Origin: Flavobacteriales bacterium UBA5939
Lineage (GTDB): Bacteria; Bacteroidota; Bacteroidia; Flavobacteriales; Schleiferiaceae
Length of the DNA: 34,482 nucleotides
Assembly (NCBI GenBank): GCA_002430755.1
Contig: DJCX01000081.1
Location: forward strand, 23,148 to 57,629
Reading direction: 5' to 3'
In this document: piece by piece, positions 21,271-29,746 of the stretch
How positions within the stretch are numbered: the first letter of the stretch is position 1
How the letters are laid out: the number at the start of each line of letters is the position of its first letter
Program-made: the position numbers and the translations under genes
Notes under the pieces: model-generated
The model's input: only the letters and a program-made list of their open reading frames with translations
Database searches by the model: none
What the model was told of the DNA's origin: nothing

Positions 21271-22621
21271 TGTAGAGATAGATCTCCGTCTTAGCAAATT
21301 GCTCTACAAATTCAAATCCAGCGACTTCTCCAGGCATATTTGAAATATAGTATACAGCATCATTTTCTGTGAAATGGTAATCTGTATATCGCTCCGCAAT
21401 TGCTGCCAAACGCCAGTTTTCAGAAAGGGCATCTACCTTTACAGCACTAGGCTTATATGATTCTTCGATTGCCTCGAGTGCGTGGATAACATGTTTATCT
21501 CTAGACGGACTTTTGGAGAAATAGATACTTAGGCCAATGGCCACAACCCAACTACACAAGTTCGAAAGTGAAATTACTTTTACCCACTTTTTTCGCTGAA
21601 TCGGCCATGGATACTCATGTTGTGCAAGATGAATTGCAAACCCCATCATCCAAAAGGCCATGGATGGCATAAAATAATAGTGATGTTGGCGGTCCATAAA
21701 TAGGAAAGGAAGAGTGCCACACAAAGCGAGGAGGAAGAAAAATACGCTTCCACGTTGCAATGTATAAACTTCTTTTTTTCTCCATCTAAATACAATGGTG
21801 ACGAGAATAGGGAGGGTCAACTGCTTTAAAACTTCTAAAATACTTTCTAAAGCACCACCTGCTTGCTCTCGGTTACCAGATAGTGTTGGTAAAAGTTGCC
21901 GATCGAGATACGTAGAAAAGAAACTTTCAAAAGCCGGTTGATACAGGTAAAAGTAGGAGAAAAGGGCGCTAAATACGATGATCATAATAGACATCGAAAC
22001 CAATGCAGCTTTTCTTCGATCAGCATACAATGTGGCCATGATAGGCAAAGTCATCAAAGGAAATAAACTGACCGGGCCTTTTATACCTAAACTAAAGAAG
22101 AACACACCCCCAGCAAGTACACTCCAGAAATAATTCTTTTTCATGGTACCTTCAAAAAGAAGCCATACTACACACAGGACTGCGGCAGAAAGAGGTGCTT
22201 CTAGCATGTTGTTTTGATGTACCCAAATGACCGTTGGTGTTAAAGTCCAAAGCAACTGAGGAATCCAAGCTCTATGACCCGCAGGTATAAATAAGACCCA
22301 TATTCTTCTAAGCATTAGTACACTTAGGCCGTACATGGTATATGGATAGATACGGTCAACCCAGGGCTGATCCCCAAATAATCGATAGAATATACTGTGC
22401 AACCAAAAAGAGAAAGGAGGGTGCTCGTAGAATTCTGGATGGATAGTTGGCGTATAGGATGGAACCCGCAAGGTGCCAATACCGTCATTTATATTCCTAG
22501 CAATTGAAGCATAGGTCAGCCCGTCAAAGAACATGCCTTTTGTAAACAATAGCGGAAGAAGCAATAACGCAGCTATTGCCCAAGAGAATTGATTAAGTCT
22601 ATAGTTTATGATGTGACTCAT
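21257..22621 (-). CDS. integral-membrane GT-C glycosyltransferase (family 39 / ArnT-PMT-like)
   Basis: 454 aa with about 11 hydrophobic segments. The first-loop motif FFDGLTYASIARN resembles the GT39 D-x-x-Y loop. Its start overlaps the prfC stop (TAATG). Confidence 0.7.
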   Translation of the reverse strand: MSHIINYRLNQFSWAIAALLLLPLLFTKGMFFDGLTYASIARNINDGIGTLRVPSYTPTIHPEFYEHPPFSFWLHSIFYRLFGDQPWVDRIYPYTMYGLSVLMLRRIWVLFIPAGHRAWIPQLLWTLTPTVIWVHQNNMLEAPLSAAVLCVVWLLFEGTMKKNYFWSVLAGGVFFFSLGIKGPVSLFPLMTLPIMATLYADRRKAALVSMSIMIIVFSALFSYFYLYQPAFESFFSTYLDRQLLPTLSGNREQAGGALESILEVLKQLTLPILVTIVFRWRKKEVYTLQRGSVFFFLLALCGTLPFLFMDRQHHYYFMPSMAFWMMGFAIHLAQHEYPWPIQRKKWVKVISLSNLCSWVVAIGLSIYFSKSPSRDKHVIHALEAIEESYKPSAVKVDALSENWRLAAIAERYTDYHFTENDAVYYISNMPGEVAGFEFVEQFAKTEIYLYKKSR

Positions 22622-24201
22622 TAGAATTCGCTCTTCATATGGAACGTAATCTTATCAAACTTGTCTTGGGCCATCTGTAAAGAAAACTGAGAATCGGCTA
22701 AGAATACGAGTCGACCGTACTTGTCTTCGGCAAGATAGCGTTGTTTCAGAGTAGAGAACTCTTTAAGCTGATCCTCGTCATTGCTTTCAATCCAACAAGC
22801 TTTAAATGCAGGAAAATTCTCATAGGAGCACTTGGCATTATACTCGTGTTCGAGACGGTATTGAATCACTTCATACTGCAATGCGCCAACAGTGCCAATA
22901 ATCTTCCTGTTGTTCTGTTTAAGAGTAAACAATTGTGCTACACCTTCATCCATTAACTGGTCAATTCCCTTGTTCAACTGCTTGGCCTTTAATGGATCAG
23001 CATTGTTAATGAATCTGAAGTGCTCTGGCGAGAACGATGGAATACCTTTATAGTTCAACTGTTCTTTTGAAGTTAGTGTATCTCCAATTCTGAATGTACC
23101 ATTATCCGGTATACCTATAATATCTCCAGGAAACGCTTCGTCAATTGTACTCTTTTTAGAAGCCATAAATGCAGTCGGAGCACTGACTCTAAATGATTTG
23201 CCACTTCTGGTGTGAACATAGTTTTTATTGCGCTCAAACTTACCACTGACTACTTTTAGGAAAGCAATCCTGTTTCTATGGTTTGGATCGATGTTCGCGT
23301 GAATCTTAAATACGAATCCAGAGAATTCATTCTCATTAGGTCGAACAAGTCTTTGCTCTGCTTCTTTTGGCTGTGGCTCAGGTGCTATGTCTTGAAAACA
23401 ATCGAGCAACTCACGAACACCGAAGTTATTCAATGCGGAACCAAAAAATACAGGACATAGATCTCCGCTTAGATACTCGGAACGGTCAAATTGCGGATAC
23501 ACAGCTTCTAAAAGTTCAAGGTCATTTCTAAGTTCTGTAGCGGCCTCTTCGCCTACATATTCGTCAAGTTCAGGTGAACTAATATCTTCGAAAGAGGTTC
23601 CCTCACTAATTTTTTGTTTGTTGTCGGCACTGTAAAGATTGAGATTCTTTTCCCACATATTATAAACCCCTTGAAAGCGCTGTCCCATACCAATGGGCCA
23701 GGATAGTGGACATAGCGTCAATCCGAGTTTCTGTTCGACTTCATCAATAAGATCGAAACCATCTTTCCCTTCACGGTCCAATTTATTTATGAATACTATA
23801 ATAGGTGTAGCGCGCATGCGACAAACCTTTACAAGTTTTTCTGTTTGAGGCTCAACACCTTTTGCAACATCAATTACTACAATAACACTATCACAAGCAG
23901 TAAGTGTACGGTAAGTATCTTCGGCAAAGTCTTGGTGACCAGGTGTGTCCAGGATATTGATCTTTTTATCTTTGTAATAGAATCCCATCACAGAGGTCGC
24001 CACCGATATACCACGTTGCTTTTCAATCTCCATAAAATCGGATGTCGCAGACTTTTTAACCTTATTACTTTTAACGGCACCAGCCTCTTGAATAGCACCA
24101 CCAAATAACAGAAGTTTTTCTGTTAATGTAGTTTTTCCGGCATCGGGATGGGAAATAATCCCAAAGGTTCTGCGAATACTGATTTCCTTTTCGATTGACA
24201 T
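22621..24201 (-). CDS. prfC: peptide chain release factor 3 (GTPase)
   Basis: 526 aa. G1 SHPDAGKTT, G3 DTPGH and G4 NKLD. The overall RF3 length and the C-terminal EF-G-like domains also fit. Confidence 0.96.
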   Translation of the reverse strand: MSIEKEISIRRTFGIISHPDAGKTTLTEKLLLFGGAIQEAGAVKSNKVKKSATSDFMEIEKQRGISVATSVMGFYYKDKKINILDTPGHQDFAEDTYRTLTACDSVIVVIDVAKGVEPQTEKLVKVCRMRATPIIVFINKLDREGKDGFDLIDEVEQKLGLTLCPLSWPIGMGQRFQGVYNMWEKNLNLYSADNKQKISEGTSFEDISSPELDEYVGEEAATELRNDLELLEAVYPQFDRSEYLSGDLCPVFFGSALNNFGVRELLDCFQDIAPEPQPKEAEQRLVRPNENEFSGFVFKIHANIDPNHRNRIAFLKVVSGKFERNKNYVHTRSGKSFRVSAPTAFMASKKSTIDEAFPGDIIGIPDNGTFRIGDTLTSKEQLNYKGIPSFSPEHFRFINNADPLKAKQLNKGIDQLMDEGVAQLFTLKQNNRKIIGTVGALQYEVIQYRLEHEYNAKCSYENFPAFKACWIESNDEDQLKEFSTLKQRYLAEDKYGRLVFLADSQFSLQMAQDKFDKITFHMKSEF

Positions 24202-24218
24202 CTACTAAAATTTTGTCG

Positions 24219-24226
24219 CAAATATA
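24219..24226 (-). promoter_or_regulatory. candidate -7 promoter element for prfC
   Basis: The minus strand reads TATATTTG, an exact TAnnTTTG match, 17 nt upstream of the prfC ATG. Confidence 0.4.
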
Positions 24227-24309
24227 CTAAAGCGACCCTCGTCAGTTTATGGTAATTACTTATACTTGCTACCCACAAAACTTTTCTTTCACAGATTCGT
24301 TAATATTGC

Positions 24310-25188
24310 GTGAAGTCTCGCTATTCCATAAAAGATTTAGAGCAGCTTAGTGGTATTAAAGCCCACACAATTCGTGCTTGGGAGCAACGTCACAAACTAA
24401 TCACTCCTAAGAGAACAAGCACTAACATCCGCTTCTACAGTGATGATGACCTTCGAGTTATTTTAAATGTAAGTATACTTTTAGAACACGATTGGAAGAT
24501 TGGTCAAATCGCAAAGCTCGCTCCAGAGGAAATTGCAAAATCAGCACTAGAGGCAGATCCTTACGAAGGAAATTACGCTTATGAGCTCAATGAGTTGAAA
24601 TTAAGTACACTGAACTTTGATATTGAGCGGTTCGAAGCAATAATGTCAACTTGCATCGATAAACATGGTATCCATAATACTTTTCAGAAAGTCATTGGAG
24701 ATTATATCCAAGAATTAGGGAAACTCTGGCTTAGCGGATCAGTAAGTATTTCTCAAGAGCACTTCATGTCATCTATGATTCGTCAAAAGTTGTATTCAGC
24801 CCTTGATGAACTTAATGCAGGCGATAGCGGAAAAACATTTGCGCTTTTCCTACCAGCGAATGAGCTACATGAGATTGGGCTTCTTTATTTAGCCTATGTC
24901 CTGAAGGAACGTGGTGAAAGGGTAATTTATCTTGGTCAAAGTCTACCGAAGGAGTATCTAACCGATTTGTTGGATAATCAAAATGTAGATGCACTTATAT
25001 CAGTATTCACTACAAACCCAGACGTCGAATATTTGCCAGAATATCTACGTGATTTAGACGATCTTATCCACGATCGTGGGGTAGAGGTACACCTAACGGG
25101 GTATCAATTCAATGATTTCTCCGAAAATAAGTTTCGGGATAACATTCACATTTACAGCACATTAAAGGATTTGACTACCCATATTTAA
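24310..25188 (+). CDS. MerR-family, AdoB12-dependent light-sensing transcriptional regulator (CarH/LitR type)
   Basis: 292 aa with a GTG start. N-terminal MerR HTH (YSIKDLEQLSGIKAHTIRAWEQR). Helical-bundle motif W140-x9-E150-H151 (WLSGSVSISQEH). Rossmann B12 motif E185-x-H187-x-x-G190 (ELHEIG) followed by GQSLP. Confidence 0.8.
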   Translation: MKSRYSIKDLEQLSGIKAHTIRAWEQRHKLITPKRTSTNIRFYSDDDLRVILNVSILLEHDWKIGQIAKLAPEEIAKSALEADPYEGNYAYELNELKLSTLNFDIERFEAIMSTCIDKHGIHNTFQKVIGDYIQELGKLWLSGSVSISQEHFMSSMIRQKLYSALDELNAGDSGKTFALFLPANELHEIGLLYLAYVLKERGERVIYLGQSLPKEYLTDLLDNQNVDALISVFTTNPDVEYLPEYLRDLDDLIHDRGVEVHLTGYQFNDFSENKFRDNIHIYSTLKDLTTHI

Positions 25189-25252
25189 TGGGTATTTAGA
25201 CTTGTTTAATAAATTTTATTCATCGTTAGACAAATTGTTTGAACATATTGTT

Positions 25253-25260
25253 TAACTTTG
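25253..25260 (+). promoter_or_regulatory. candidate -7 promoter element for the sigma-crt-pterin-photolyase operon
   Basis: TAACTTTG is an exact TAnnTTTG match, 26 nt upstream of the ATG at 25287. It is embedded in TTGTTTRA / TTAGAC repeats. Confidence 0.45.
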
Positions 25261-25286
25261 AGGAAGCAACCTTAAACATTGTCTTT

Positions 25287-25793
25287 ATGTCAACCGCAGA
25301 ATTTGGAGAATTAATTGATCGTGAGCACGACTTTTTGCATCAGTTAGCAATGAAGTTGACCAAGCGTCATGACGATGCCCAAGACCTAATCCAGGATACT
25401 TATTTCAAGGCTCTCAAGAACAAGGACAAGTTTGCCACTGGGACTAATCTCAAAGGATGGTTGTATACCATCATGAAAAACACTTTCATCAATAATTACC
25501 GTCGCAAGAAGCAACAAAACACCTTTGTCGATGAAACTGAAAGCCAATTCTTTTTAAATAGTAAAGAGGCTAGCAGAACGACTCTTACCGACGCGAATGT
25601 AGATAACGACTACATCATGGAGCAGATAAATTCAATCGAGCCCCATTACACAGAGGCGTTTTTCATGCATTATGAAGGGTATAAGTACGAGGAAATTGCA
25701 GAGCACTTTAACATTCCTCTAGGTACAGTTAAATCCCGAATTTTCTTAGCACGAAAGAAAATGATGGAGAAGCTCGCCGACCAACGCCACTAA
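25287..25793 (+). CDS. ECF-type RNA polymerase sigma-70 family factor
   Basis: Region 2 ([15 protein letters not shown] ... [18 protein letters not shown]) and region 4 HTH ([26 protein letters not shown]). I prefer the ATG at 25287, because the track's 16 extra codons cover the promoter-like region. Confidence 0.88.
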   Translation: MSTAEFGELIDREHDFLHQLAMKLTKRHDDAQDLIQDTYFKALKNKDKFATGTNLKGWLYTIMKNTFINNYRRKKQQNTFVDETESQFFLNSKEASRTTLTDANVDNDYIMEQINSIEPHYTEAFFMHYEGYKYEEIAEHFNIPLGTVKSRIFLARKKMMEKLADQRH

Positions 25794-25815
25794 CCACAGC
25801 CTACCGCCTTATCAC

Positions 25816-27303
25816 ATGAAATCAGTTATTGTCATTGGTTCTGGGTTCGCAGGCCTAAGTGCCGCTTCCTTTTTAGCCCGTGAAGGGTACGATGTTACTG
25901 TCCTAGAGAAAAACGACCAACTTGGAGGACGAGCGCGCTCGTGGAAAAAAGATGGTTTCACTTTCGATATGGGACCTAGTTGGTACTGGATGCCCGATGT
26001 ATTTGAACGCTACTTTTCAGAATTCGACACTAAAGTAGAAGACCTCTATAATTTAGTACGATTGGATCCTTCTTATAGAGTCGTGTTTGGTCCAAACGAT
26101 CATGAGGACCAAAGCGCCAACATGGAAGAGCTTGAAGCCATGTTTGATAGACTGGACCCTGGATCAGGATTACGCTTACGTAAGTTTTTGAAGCAAGGAG
26201 CTTACAAATACGAAGTTGGCATTAAGGATCTCGTTTTTCGTCCAGGGCGCTCTCTAACAGAATTTATGGACTTTAGGATTGTCAAAGGCCTCTTTCAGTT
26301 GGATATGCTCAAGGACATTAGGAAGCATGTTGCAGAAGTAAGCATGCATCCTAAGCTCAAGGCGATCCTCGAATTCCCTGTTTTATTTCTTGGCGCCTTA
26401 CCCCAAAATACGCCTGCACTATATAGCTTAATGAATTACGCTGATATGTCGTTGGGGACTTGGTATCCCATGAACGGTATGAACGAAATTATTCAAGGAA
26501 TGATTCGTGTTGCTAAAGAGCAAGGGGTGAAATTCAGAACATCAACCGAAGTAACAGGATTTAAGTATTCCAATAATCGAATAGTTAGTGTATTGACGAA
26601 AGGAGGTTCGTTTACCGCAGATATTGTTGTGGGAGGTGCTGATTACCATCATATTGATCAGGTCATCAGTTCTCCTAAATACAGGGAATACACTCCAGAA
26701 TATTGGGACAAACGCAAGATGGCACCGTCATCACTACTTTATTACCTAGGAATTAAAGGTGAAGTACCTAACGTCTTGCATCACAACCTGTTTTTTGACC
26801 ATGAATTGGATCAGCATGCACACGAGATTTATACAGACCCTAAATGGCCCACAAAACCTCTTTTCTATGCTAGTGCTCCGTCAAAAACAGATGCAAGTGT
26901 AGCACCCGAGGGCTGTGAAAATATGTTCCTACTCATGCCAACTGCTCCTGGTATGGACGGGGATACAGAAGAAGTCCGTGAAAAATATTATAACTTGATG
27001 ATGGATCGTCTTGAAGAATTTACCGGTTCCTCAATTCGTGACAGGGTAGTGGTAAAACGGAGTTTTGCCTATCAAGATTTTAAATCAGAATACAACAGTT
27101 TTAAAGGCAATGCATACGGCCTTGCCAACACAATAGACCAAACCGCAATTCTTAAGCCTAGACTGAAGAGCAAAAAAGTGAGCAATTTGTACTTCGCTGG
27201 ACAACTTACTACGCCTGGACCTGGAGTTCCTCCATGCTTGATTAGTGGGGAAGTTGTGAGTAAAGAAATCGCGAAGGACTATCAAATAAAGAAAGCGGTA
27301 TGA
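25816..27303 (+). CDS. crtI: phytoene desaturase
   Basis: 495 aa. N-terminal FAD fold [14 protein letters not shown]...[14 protein letters not shown] and the C-terminal CrtI signature [13 protein letters not shown]. Confidence 0.93.
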   Translation: MKSVIVIGSGFAGLSAASFLAREGYDVTVLEKNDQLGGRARSWKKDGFTFDMGPSWYWMPDVFERYFSEFDTKVEDLYNLVRLDPSYRVVFGPNDHEDQSANMEELEAMFDRLDPGSGLRLRKFLKQGAYKYEVGIKDLVFRPGRSLTEFMDFRIVKGLFQLDMLKDIRKHVAEVSMHPKLKAILEFPVLFLGALPQNTPALYSLMNYADMSLGTWYPMNGMNEIIQGMIRVAKEQGVKFRTSTEVTGFKYSNNRIVSVLTKGGSFTADIVVGGADYHHIDQVISSPKYREYTPEYWDKRKMAPSSLLYYLGIKGEVPNVLHHNLFFDHELDQHAHEIYTDPKWPTKPLFYASAPSKTDASVAPEGCENMFLLMPTAPGMDGDTEEVREKYYNLMMDRLEEFTGSSIRDRVVVKRSFAYQDFKSEYNSFKGNAYGLANTIDQTAILKPRLKSKKVSNLYFAGQLTTPGPGVPPCLISGEVVSKEIAKDYQIKKAV

Positions 27304-28136
27304 AAGCACTCTTTGACAGCGTAAGTATTCGCACATCAAGAATGACGACTAAAGCGTATAGTACGTCGTTCTCACTGGGTATTCTAGGTCTTGACAAGAA
27401 GTACCACGATCCCATATATGCCATCTATGGCTTTGTTAGATTTGCAGATGAAATCGTTGATACGTTTGAGGACTATTCTCAGAAAGAGTTGCTCGAACGC
27501 TTTTGGAAGGATACTTATCTAGCACTAGACGAGAAGATTAGTTTGAATCCTATACTTAATAGTTTTCAGCAAGTGGTGAATGCGTTTAATATTGACAGAG
27601 ATCTAATCGAAACATTCTTGAAGTCCATGGAAATGGATTTATACAAAAATGATTATGATGAGGAAGGATACAAGGCCTACATCCTAGGTAGTGCCGAGGT
27701 AGTTGGACTCATGTGTCTAAAGGTTTTTGTTGACGGCAATGAAAAACGATACCAAGAGCTTAAAAAGCCTGCAATGCAATTAGGCTCTGCCTTCCAGAAG
27801 ATTAATTTCCTAAGAGATCTACACGCCGATTACCATGCTTTGGGAAGAACTTATTTTCCAGGAGTAGACTTGAATGAATTTAACGAGCGGGTAAAAGCTG
27901 AGATTGAGGCCGACATAGATATTGACTTTAAGGCAGGATACGAAGGGATTAAACAACTTCCTAAAGGAGCACGATTTGGAGTCTATATCGCATACGTATA
28001 TTACTACAGTCTATTCAAGAAGATTTGTAATACACATGCAGATATCATTTTGAATGAGCGTGTGCGTATTTCGAACAAAAGGAAGTACGGTTTGTTTTTA
28101 AGTTCGTACGTTAGACACACCATAAACTGGATATAA
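27300..28136 (+). CDS. crtB: phytoene synthase
   Basis: 278 aa. Squalene/phytoene synthase motifs [12 protein letters not shown] (first DxxxD-type) and [15 protein letters not shown] overlap with crtI. Confidence 0.92.
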   Translation: MKALFDSVSIRTSRMTTKAYSTSFSLGILGLDKKYHDPIYAIYGFVRFADEIVDTFEDYSQKELLERFWKDTYLALDEKISLNPILNSFQQVVNAFNIDRDLIETFLKSMEMDLYKNDYDEEGYKAYILGSAEVVGLMCLKVFVDGNEKRYQELKKPAMQLGSAFQKINFLRDLHADYHALGRTYFPGVDLNEFNERVKAEIEADIDIDFKAGYEGIKQLPKGARFGVYIAYVYYYSLFKKICNTHADIILNERVRISNKRKYGLFLSSYVRHTINWI

Positions 28137-28145
28137 CATATTACA

Positions 28146-28676
28146 ATGCTTGAACAAGTTATCCTGGTCGATTCGGACGATAATCCGATTGGGCTGATGG
28201 AGAAAATGGAAGCGCACCGAAAGGCGAAACTGCACCGTGCATTCTCTGTTTTCGCCATGAACGACAACAACGAAATTTTACTTCAAAGACGTGCTCTACA
28301 CAAGTACCACAGTGGTGGACTATGGACGAACACGTGTTGTTCTCATCCTAGAGATGGAGAAACTGTGGAAGAAGCCGCCACAAGAAGATTAATGGAAGAG
28401 ATGGGTTTTACCTGTTCGGTCAAACGTATTTTTTCATTTATCTACAAAGCAGAATTGGACAATGATTTAACGGAGCATGAGCTGGACCATGTCCTCATTG
28501 CCCGTTACAACGAAGATCCAAATATTAACCCTGAAGAAGTCGATAGTTTTGACTGGAAATCAGTGGATTGGGTGGCTGAAGACATGAAAGCTCATCCTGA
28601 GAAGTACACTGAATGGTTCAAAATAATCTATGACCGATTCTTAAAGTATTGGCATAATGAGAATCACGGTATGTAG
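28146..28676 (+). CDS. idi: isopentenyl-diphosphate delta-isomerase, type 1 (Nudix)
   Basis: 176 aa. Motifs HRAFSVF, WTNTCCSHPR.GE (catalytic Cys) and a Nudix-like RRLMEEMG, with a downstream E in TEHELDHV. Confidence 0.9.
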   Translation: MLEQVILVDSDDNPIGLMEKMEAHRKAKLHRAFSVFAMNDNNEILLQRRALHKYHSGGLWTNTCCSHPRDGETVEEAATRRLMEEMGFTCSVKRIFSFIYKAELDNDLTEHELDHVLIARYNEDPNINPEEVDSFDWKSVDWVAEDMKAHPEKYTEWFKIIYDRFLKYWHNENHGM

Positions 28677-29067
28677 ACGAGCACATTTTAATGCTGCACA
28701 TAGGTTGCACAATCCTGAATTGAGCGCTGCTGAAAATGCAGCCACTTTTGGGAAGTGCAATAATGAGTATTACCACGGTCACAACTATGAACTCATCGTT
28801 CATGTTACAGGGGAAGTCGACCCGAAGACTGGGTATCTCATAGATATGAAAGTCCTCCGAGATCATATTAAGAAAGAGGTAGAAGACTACTTAGATCACA
28901 AAAATCTGAACGTACAAGTAGAGGAGTTTAAAACGCTCAATCCAACCGCAGAGCATATAGCTTTTGTCATTTGGAATAGGTTGCGAAGCGTACTCAATAC
29001 TGACTTAGAATTAAAAGTGACGCTTTACGAGACGCCACGTAACTACGTTGAATACAGCGGTAAATAA
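28657..29067 (+). CDS. 6-pyruvoyl-tetrahydropterin synthase (animal-like PTPS-II motif set; QueD superfamily)
   Basis: 136 aa. [24 protein letters not shown] (C-x5-HGH as in mammalian PTPS, not the C-x3-HGH of QueD), and LDHKNL. It overlaps idi by 20 nt. Confidence 0.8.
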   Translation: MRITVCRRAHFNAAHRLHNPELSAAENAATFGKCNNEYYHGHNYELIVHVTGEVDPKTGYLIDMKVLRDHIKKEVEDYLDHKNLNVQVEEFKTLNPTAEHIAFVIWNRLRSVLNTDLELKVTLYETPRNYVEYSGK

Positions 29068-29074
29068 AAGTATT

Positions 29075-29746
29075 ATGACACACCACGAAAAGGGCTACAC
29101 TGCTGAGCAATTGGAACAGTTGGTAGAAGCACATTTGGGCACTTCAATAGACACTCCATTGCGTTCTGACGCCTTCGATATGTCAGAAGATGAGAAAATT
29201 AGTTTAATCGCTGAAAAATTCCGTGATATCATGGATATTTTAGGACTAGATCTCAACGACGATAGCTTGAACGGTACACCTTTACGCGTTGCTAAAATGT
29301 ACGTTAAGGAAGCTTTTGCGGGTCTTAATCCTGAGAATAAGCCTGAGATGAAGTTGTTTTCTAACAAATTTGAGTACAATGAAATGCTTATTGAAAAGGA
29401 CATCAAAGTCCATTCGCACTGTGAGCATCATTTCGTGCCAATTATTGGAAAGTGTCACGTAGCATACATTCCGAATGGTAGCGTCGTTGGCCTAAGTAAG
29501 CTGAATCGTATTGTTAGGCACTATGCCAAGCGACCACAGGTTCAAGAAAGACTTACAAGACAAATTGCAGAGGCACTCATGGAAGGTCTGGGTACCAATG
29601 ATGTGGCCGTATACCTAGAAGCTGACCACATGTGTGTAAAAACTCGGGGTATTGAAGACGACGGCAGTTCGACCATTACGATGTCCTTCCATGGAGAATT
29701 TGAAAAAGACATGAACAAAAAAGCATTTCTGGAGTCATTTAGATGA
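29075..29746 (+). CDS. folE: GTP cyclohydrolase I (FolE type IA)
   Basis: Motifs [40 protein letters not shown] and HMCVKTRG. I prefer the ATG at 29075, 7 nt after the PTPS stop. Confidence 0.95.
   Translation: MTHHEKGYTAEQLEQLVEAHLGTSIDTPLRSDAFDMSEDEKISLIAEKFRDIMDILGLDLNDDSLNGTPLRVAKMYVKEAFAGLNPENKPEMKLFSNKFEYNEMLIEKDIKVHSHCEHHFVPIIGKCHVAYIPNGSVVGLSKLNRIVRHYAKRPQVQERLTRQIAEALMEGLGTNDVAVYLEADHMCVKTRGIEDDGSSTITMSFHGEFEKDMNKKAFLESFR

Noticed and set aside
28657-29067. Annotating the 136-aa protein as QueD (6-carboxytetrahydropterin synthase)
   Set aside because: The Cys-to-HGH spacing (C-x5-HGH) and the flanking FGKCNN / LDHKNL residues match animal-type PTPS rather than the QueD C-x3-HGH pattern. 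No que genes are nearby. The functional assignment remains unverified.
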